Source: Candidatus Woesearchaeota archaeon
GTDB lineage: Archaea; Nanobdellota; Nanobdellia; Woesearchaeales; GW2011-AR4
Assembly: GCA_016784195.1 (NCBI GenBank)
Contig: JADHVE010000006.1
Location: 1 to 30,233, forward strand
DNA length: 30,233 nt
Reading direction: 5' to 3'
The notes beneath the pieces are model-generated. The model was not told where the DNA came from and did no database searches. It saw nothing but the letters and a program-made list of their open reading frames with translations. Shown here piece after piece: positions 26,669 through 30,233 of this stretch (the stretch's first letter is position 1; each line of letters opens with the position of its first letter). The translations under genes were made by a program, and so were the position numbers.

Positions 26669-27381
26669 TTGAACTCTGCCTCAAATGACTTAAAATTCAA
26701 CAGCAATGAATTTATTGTTCCTGTAAAAGATGAATAACCCCTGACAGTTACAGCAATATCCCCAAAGAAATTACTAATAGCAAAATTTTCTCCTGCTAAA
26801 TTAAAGCTTGCTTTGTTGCTTATTTCGACAGTTCCTAAGGCTAAACAATTGAAGTTTTCAACACTCACATCTTTGATTATTAAGTCTCCGCTTTTTATTG
26901 TAAGTATTGCCTCCTCGGAATTATCTGATGTCAGTTTTGTATAATCAGCTTCAAGCTTCAGGAAATTGCCTTTCAATACAATCAGCGAATTATTGAAAAT
27001 AAGCCTGCCCCGGAAGTTAACCAGATACATAGGATTTTTACTTTCAAGAATCATAGTGCTTTTTGGAGTGCCAACTAAAACTGAAGAGCTATTTATTGCC
27101 AAGTCTTTATTTTTAACGTCAAAACTGTAATGATCGCAGTATAATTCACTTTTTAACTGCAAAAGATTGCTGAAGGTTTCTTCAGCTAATACAGCTTCCT
27201 GTTCTATTGTAAACTCTTCATTGCTGTTTTTTAATTGTAAAGGCACTCCATTTTTTTTTTCAATCGGCTCCAGTCCCTGTTCTATTATGGTCCTGTCGTT
27301 GTAGCTTGAGCTTATAGCCCCTACAGAAATAATCAAAAGCAGGAAAAATAAGACTATGTTTTGAATCACATGGTTTTTCAT
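26665..27381 (-). CDS. Secreted or membrane-anchored beta-rich protein, co-transcribed with the Cys-rich protein
   Basis: N-terminal hydrophobic segment MKNHVIQNIVLFFLLLIISVGAISS (I prefer this start over the track's 27408). Its stop overlaps the downstream gene's start by 4 nt. Confidence 0.6.
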   Translation of the reverse strand: MKNHVIQNIVLFFLLLIISVGAISSSYNDRTIIEQGLEPIEKKNGVPLQLKNSNEEFTIEQEAVLAEETFSNLLQLKSELYCDHYSFDVKNKDLAINSSSVLVGTPKSTMILESKNPMYLVNFRGRLIFNNSLIVLKGNFLKLEADYTKLTSDNSEEAILTIKSGDLIIKDVSVENFNCLALGTVEISNKASFNLAGENFAISNFFGDIAVTVRGYSSFTGTINSLLLNFKSFEAEFK

Positions 27382-27588
27382 TGTAGAATGAAAACCCGAA
27401 TCTGGCATTAATATATATTAAGTTTAGAAAAAATGGAAAAACTCTTTTAATAAAAATTAACCAAATTATATAATTTATAAATATTATATAAAAAACTGTT
27501 AAAACAAAAAGTTTATAAATAAACCAATTTACTAAATATTTACTTCTAAGCTGATGTTAATTTCAATTTGCTAAAAAGAGAGGAGAAT

Positions 27589-28464
27589 ATGCCGTATAAT
27601 ATAGTGATACCTGAAACTGATTGTGAAGCTGTTTCAACAAAGGACATAGTGATTTCTTCGTTGAGCAGAGACTGGCCCCTTAATATCCAGCAGCTCTATA
27701 ACCGGACAAAAAAAACATTCTTGAAAAATGTCACTTACCAGGCTACATATAAGGCTGTGAGGTCGCTGCATGATGAGGGGGTGCTGATTAAACAAGGAAA
27801 AGATTATTCTATATCCCAAGTGTGGCTGGAAGAAACTAAAGAATATCTGAATTTTATTTCAGGGTTAATCGAACGAAAAGAGAAAAACCCAAAGAATTTT
27901 GAAGAGAGCCTGATTATGAACAGGAACTTGCAGCTTTTTGAATTTGAGAAGTTTAAAAATTTGTACAAGTTTTTGAGAAAGTTTGAAGATAACCTGATAT
28001 TGGCTAAAAATGAGAACTCTTCATTTTATTGGGTAGTCAATCACTGTTATAAGGCACTATTTCAGCCTTCTCTTGAATTTGAGTACATGGAGAAGCTGAA
28101 GAAAAAAGGAATTAAACTACACATACTGTGCAATGGAGATACCTCGCTAGATAAATGGTGCAGGAATTTCTACGAAAAAAACGGAGCTGTTATGAAAATA
28201 GACGCTGGTTTTGGGATATCAAGGCATATAAATATCTATAACGAGTTTATTATCGAAATTTTTTTTAGCCCGGAATTTCAGAAAATTATCCATGGAGTTT
28301 ATAACTCTGCCAGTTCTGTCCATGCAGTGGATATTGCTGAGATATTGAAAGAAATATCTAAAGATGACAGTAAGATACTGGTCATTATAAACAAAAATAA
28401 AAGATTAGTAGATTATATGAAGAAGAGTGTATTGGGATATTTTGATGAGAGTATAAGTTCCTGA
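27589..28464 (+). CDS. Hypothetical protein with an N-terminal winged-helix-like domain
   Basis: GAGGAG Shine-Dalgarno before the ATG at 27589. ...LSRDWPLNIQQLYNRTKKTFLKNVTYQATYKAVRSLHDEGVLIKQGKDYSIS resembles wHTH regulators of the TrmB/PadR type; the remainder is unknown. Confidence 0.55.
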   Translation: MPYNIVIPETDCEAVSTKDIVISSLSRDWPLNIQQLYNRTKKTFLKNVTYQATYKAVRSLHDEGVLIKQGKDYSISQVWLEETKEYLNFISGLIERKEKNPKNFEESLIMNRNLQLFEFEKFKNLYKFLRKFEDNLILAKNENSSFYWVVNHCYKALFQPSLEFEYMEKLKKKGIKLHILCNGDTSLDKWCRNFYEKNGAVMKIDAGFGISRHINIYNEFIIEIFFSPEFQKIIHGVYNSASSVHAVDIAEILKEISKDDSKILVIINKNKRLVDYMKKSVLGYFDESISS

Positions 28465-28471
28465 GGTTTAG

Positions 28472-29731
28472 TTATTTTTCTTTTATCTCTCCGTAACCGA
28501 TAAGCCTGAACCGGTTGTCTACTATTCTGGAAATAGTCACTTTCGAGCCTATTTCTGCGCAGATGGGTAGTTTTAATTTACACCTTACCCTGTTTTTTTT
28601 TAATTCACCCACAATCCCCATAGTAGCAGCTGAATTAACGTTCAGCATTAAAGGCTCATTGATTTTTATTGGCTCTACGTTAAGCTCATCTTTGGTTCCT
28701 ACAACCCTTTCAAGCAAATGTACTTCTAAGTTTAGCTCATGCCAGACTTCCGGCAATGTTCCAGGCAAACCAACTATAGAGCCTGTTAACTGGTCTGATT
28801 TAACAATTGCAGGGTCTAAGGAGGTTAATATGCCTATTGAGCCTCCGGGGCCTAACTCTTTTAAAGATGTACCGCCTGATTTTAATGCAGTTATTTTTGT
28901 GAAAATTGGGTTCCATACTTCCTGGTTTTTTTCTATAATTTTTCTTCCAGGCCTTATCTCAATATTTTCTTTAACTTTTAAAATGCCCTGCTTTAAACTT
29001 CCCCCCAATACTCCACCTACAAGTTCTTCAGTCAATGCTCCTGGCTTGTTTATATCAAAGCTTCTTGCCACAAACATCAATGGATCTTTTTTAGGGTCTC
29101 TCTTAGGTGTTGGAAAATTTTCTTCGATTGCTTGTATCAGGTTGGATACTCCCACACTGTGCTGGGCAGAAAGAGGCATTATAGGAACATCTTTATATGG
29201 GGTTTTTTTGATAAACTCTTTTATCTGCTTATGGTTTTTTATTGCATCTTCTTCTCCAACTAAATCTATTTTATTCTGTACGATGATAACATTTTTGATG
29301 CCAGTAACCTCCAGTGCCATTAGATGCTCTCTTGTTTGCGGCTGTGGACAGGACTCGTTTGCTGCTATTAACAGCAAAGCTGCATCTATGATTGCAGCTC
29401 CTGAAAGCATAGTTGCCATCAGGCTTTCATGGCCCGGAGCATCCACAAAGCTTATTTTTCTTAAAATTTTAGCAGGGCTTTTGCAGTGAGGGCATTCTTC
29501 TTGTACTGTATAAGCTTTAGTACCTCGGCATTTAGTGCATTTTCTTAAAACAGTGTCTGCATAACCCAATCTTATGGTTATGCCTCTTTTTATCTCTTCA
29601 GAATGAGTATCAGTCCATTTGCCACTTAATCTTTCTAAGAGGGTTGTTTTCCCATGGTCAACATGTCCACATAAGCCTATGTTTATCTCTGGTTGTGTAG
29701 CTTCTTCTGTTTCTTTTTTCTTTTTTGGCAT
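28472..29731 (-). CDS. eif2g: Translation initiation factor 2 gamma subunit (aIF2-gamma)
   Basis: NIGLCGHVDHGKTTL GTP-binding motif; zinc ribbon CTKCRGTKAY...CPHC; domain II/III; 419 aa. Confidence 0.95.
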   Translation of the reverse strand: MPKKKKETEEATQPEINIGLCGHVDHGKTTLLERLSGKWTDTHSEEIKRGITIRLGYADTVLRKCTKCRGTKAYTVQEECPHCKSPAKILRKISFVDAPGHESLMATMLSGAAIIDAALLLIAANESCPQPQTREHLMALEVTGIKNVIIVQNKIDLVGEEDAIKNHKQIKEFIKKTPYKDVPIMPLSAQHSVGVSNLIQAIEENFPTPKRDPKKDPLMFVARSFDINKPGALTEELVGGVLGGSLKQGILKVKENIEIRPGRKIIEKNQEVWNPIFTKITALKSGGTSLKELGPGGSIGILTSLDPAIVKSDQLTGSIVGLPGTLPEVWHELNLEVHLLERVVGTKDELNVEPIKINEPLMLNVNSAATMGIVGELKKNRVRCKLKLPICAEIGSKVTISRIVDNRFRLIGYGEIKEK

Positions 29732-29901
29732 AGTTGACCATTAATTTATTGTTAATTATTGTATTATTGATTAATTGGCTATTATGTGATTTAACACTAA
29801 CACAATTATTTGTTTTATTTTAAAATGAATAAAATAAAAAATATCAAAACGACCACTGCTAATTATGATTCTGATGGTGTTTTATGGGTAACTTTTAATA
29901 A

Positions 29902-30233
29902 TTATTTTTTCTCTTCTTTTACTTCAGGTTTTTTTTCTTCCTTAGTCTGGGTTTTTTCTTCTTTAACTTCTTTCTTTGGCTCTTCTTTCTTTTCTTCTTT
30001 AGCTTCTGGTTTTTCTTCTTTAACTTCTTTCTTTGGCTCTTCTTTCTTTTCTTCTTTAGCTTCTTTTGCTCCAAAGATCTCTGTTAACTTTTTAGCCCCT
30101 TCTTTTGTGACTTTAAGGTTTATCTGAATGATGTGTTCATTGATTTTATGACCGCAGACTGTTTTTCTTCTTTTTATGCCTTTGTCAGCTCCCTTAAAAC
30201 CGACTCCCCCTAAAAGGATGATTTTTTTCCTTA
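29902..30233 (-). CDS. Partial CDS (C-terminal ~110 aa; N-terminus beyond the window end) with a lysine/glutamate-rich repetitive tail
   Basis: Minus-strand frame open from the window edge to TAA at 29904-29902: ...RKKIILLGGVGFKGADKGIKRRKTVCGHKINEHIIQINLKVTKEGAKKLTEIFGAKEAKEEKKEEPKKEVKEEKPEAKEEKKEEPKKEVKEEKTQTKEEKKPEVKEEKK. The plus-strand ORF 29810..30127 in the track is its antisense shadow. Confidence 0.55.
   Translation of the reverse strand, partial: RKKIILLGGVGFKGADKGIKRRKTVCGHKINEHIIQINLKVTKEGAKKLTEIFGAKEAKEEKKEEPKKEVKEEKPEAKEEKKEEPKKEVKEEKTQTKEEKKPEVKEEKK
29950..30076. repeat. 57-bp tandem direct repeat (about 2.2 copies) inside the terminal partial CDS
   Basis: ttaacttctttctttggctcttctttcttttcttctttagcttct occurs at 29963 and again at 30020; it encodes the duplicated 19-aa unit KEEKKEEPKKEVKEEKPEA. 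Confidence 0.8.

Noticed and set aside
28515-29489. 324-aa plus-strand ORF
   Set aside because: It lies entirely antisense within the unambiguous aIF2-gamma gene. Its low-complexity S/F/L-rich translation is typical of a shadow ORF.
29810-30127. 105-aa plus-strand ORF with SSFF repeats
   Set aside because: It is the antisense image of the KEEK-rich minus-strand gene. The minus-strand frame gives a coherent protein and continues to the window edge.
1-30233. tRNA, rRNA and CRISPR search
   Set aside because: I scanned the intergenic regions for GC-rich islands of about 75 nt with acceptor-stem complementarity and for regularly spaced direct repeats, and found none convincing. A tRNAscan or Infernal run would be needed to exclude divergent or intron-containing tRNAs.

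Overview
This is an AT-rich (about 30% GC) chromosomal window from what is almost certainly an archaeon. It carries archaeal/eukaryote-type information-processing genes: ribosomal protein L15e, the conserved L21e–RpoF(Rpo4)–DUF655 cluster, aIF2-gamma, a ZPR1 zinc-finger protein and SepF, plus NrdR. The small genome style and low GC would fit a DPANN-like lineage, but that is a guess.

The most striking feature is a repeated upstream module in three places. A 92-bp perfect copy (with one 70-bp insertion) lies upstream of a nitroreductase gene and, in inverted orientation, upstream of a four-gene minus-strand operon (apt–MTA phosphorylase–class-I DhnA aldolase–Zn-ADH). A diverged third copy lies upstream of a DUF2156-like gene that follows an AdoMetDC–ATP-grasp pair.

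Together these suggest a co-regulated polyamine / MTA-salvage regulon, including a DHAP-shunt-like operon that uses a class-I aldolase.

Other loci of interest:
- an ArsR regulator with a palindromic operator on its start codon, followed by a TM/coiled-coil protein and an SPFH-domain protein;
- a lysine-rich gene inserted into the conserved L21e–RpoF–DUF655 operon, carrying a C8 homopolymer;
- a pair of secreted proteins, one extremely cysteine-rich with an acidic Asp-rich (MopE-like) motif and a CarbopepD_reg-like segment;
- a convergent pair of unknown genes (447 aa with a deviant Walker A; AbrB/PhoU-like regulator);
- a partial terminal gene with a 57-bp tandem repeat encoding a KEEK-rich tail.

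I found no tRNA, rRNA, CRISPR array or transposase.
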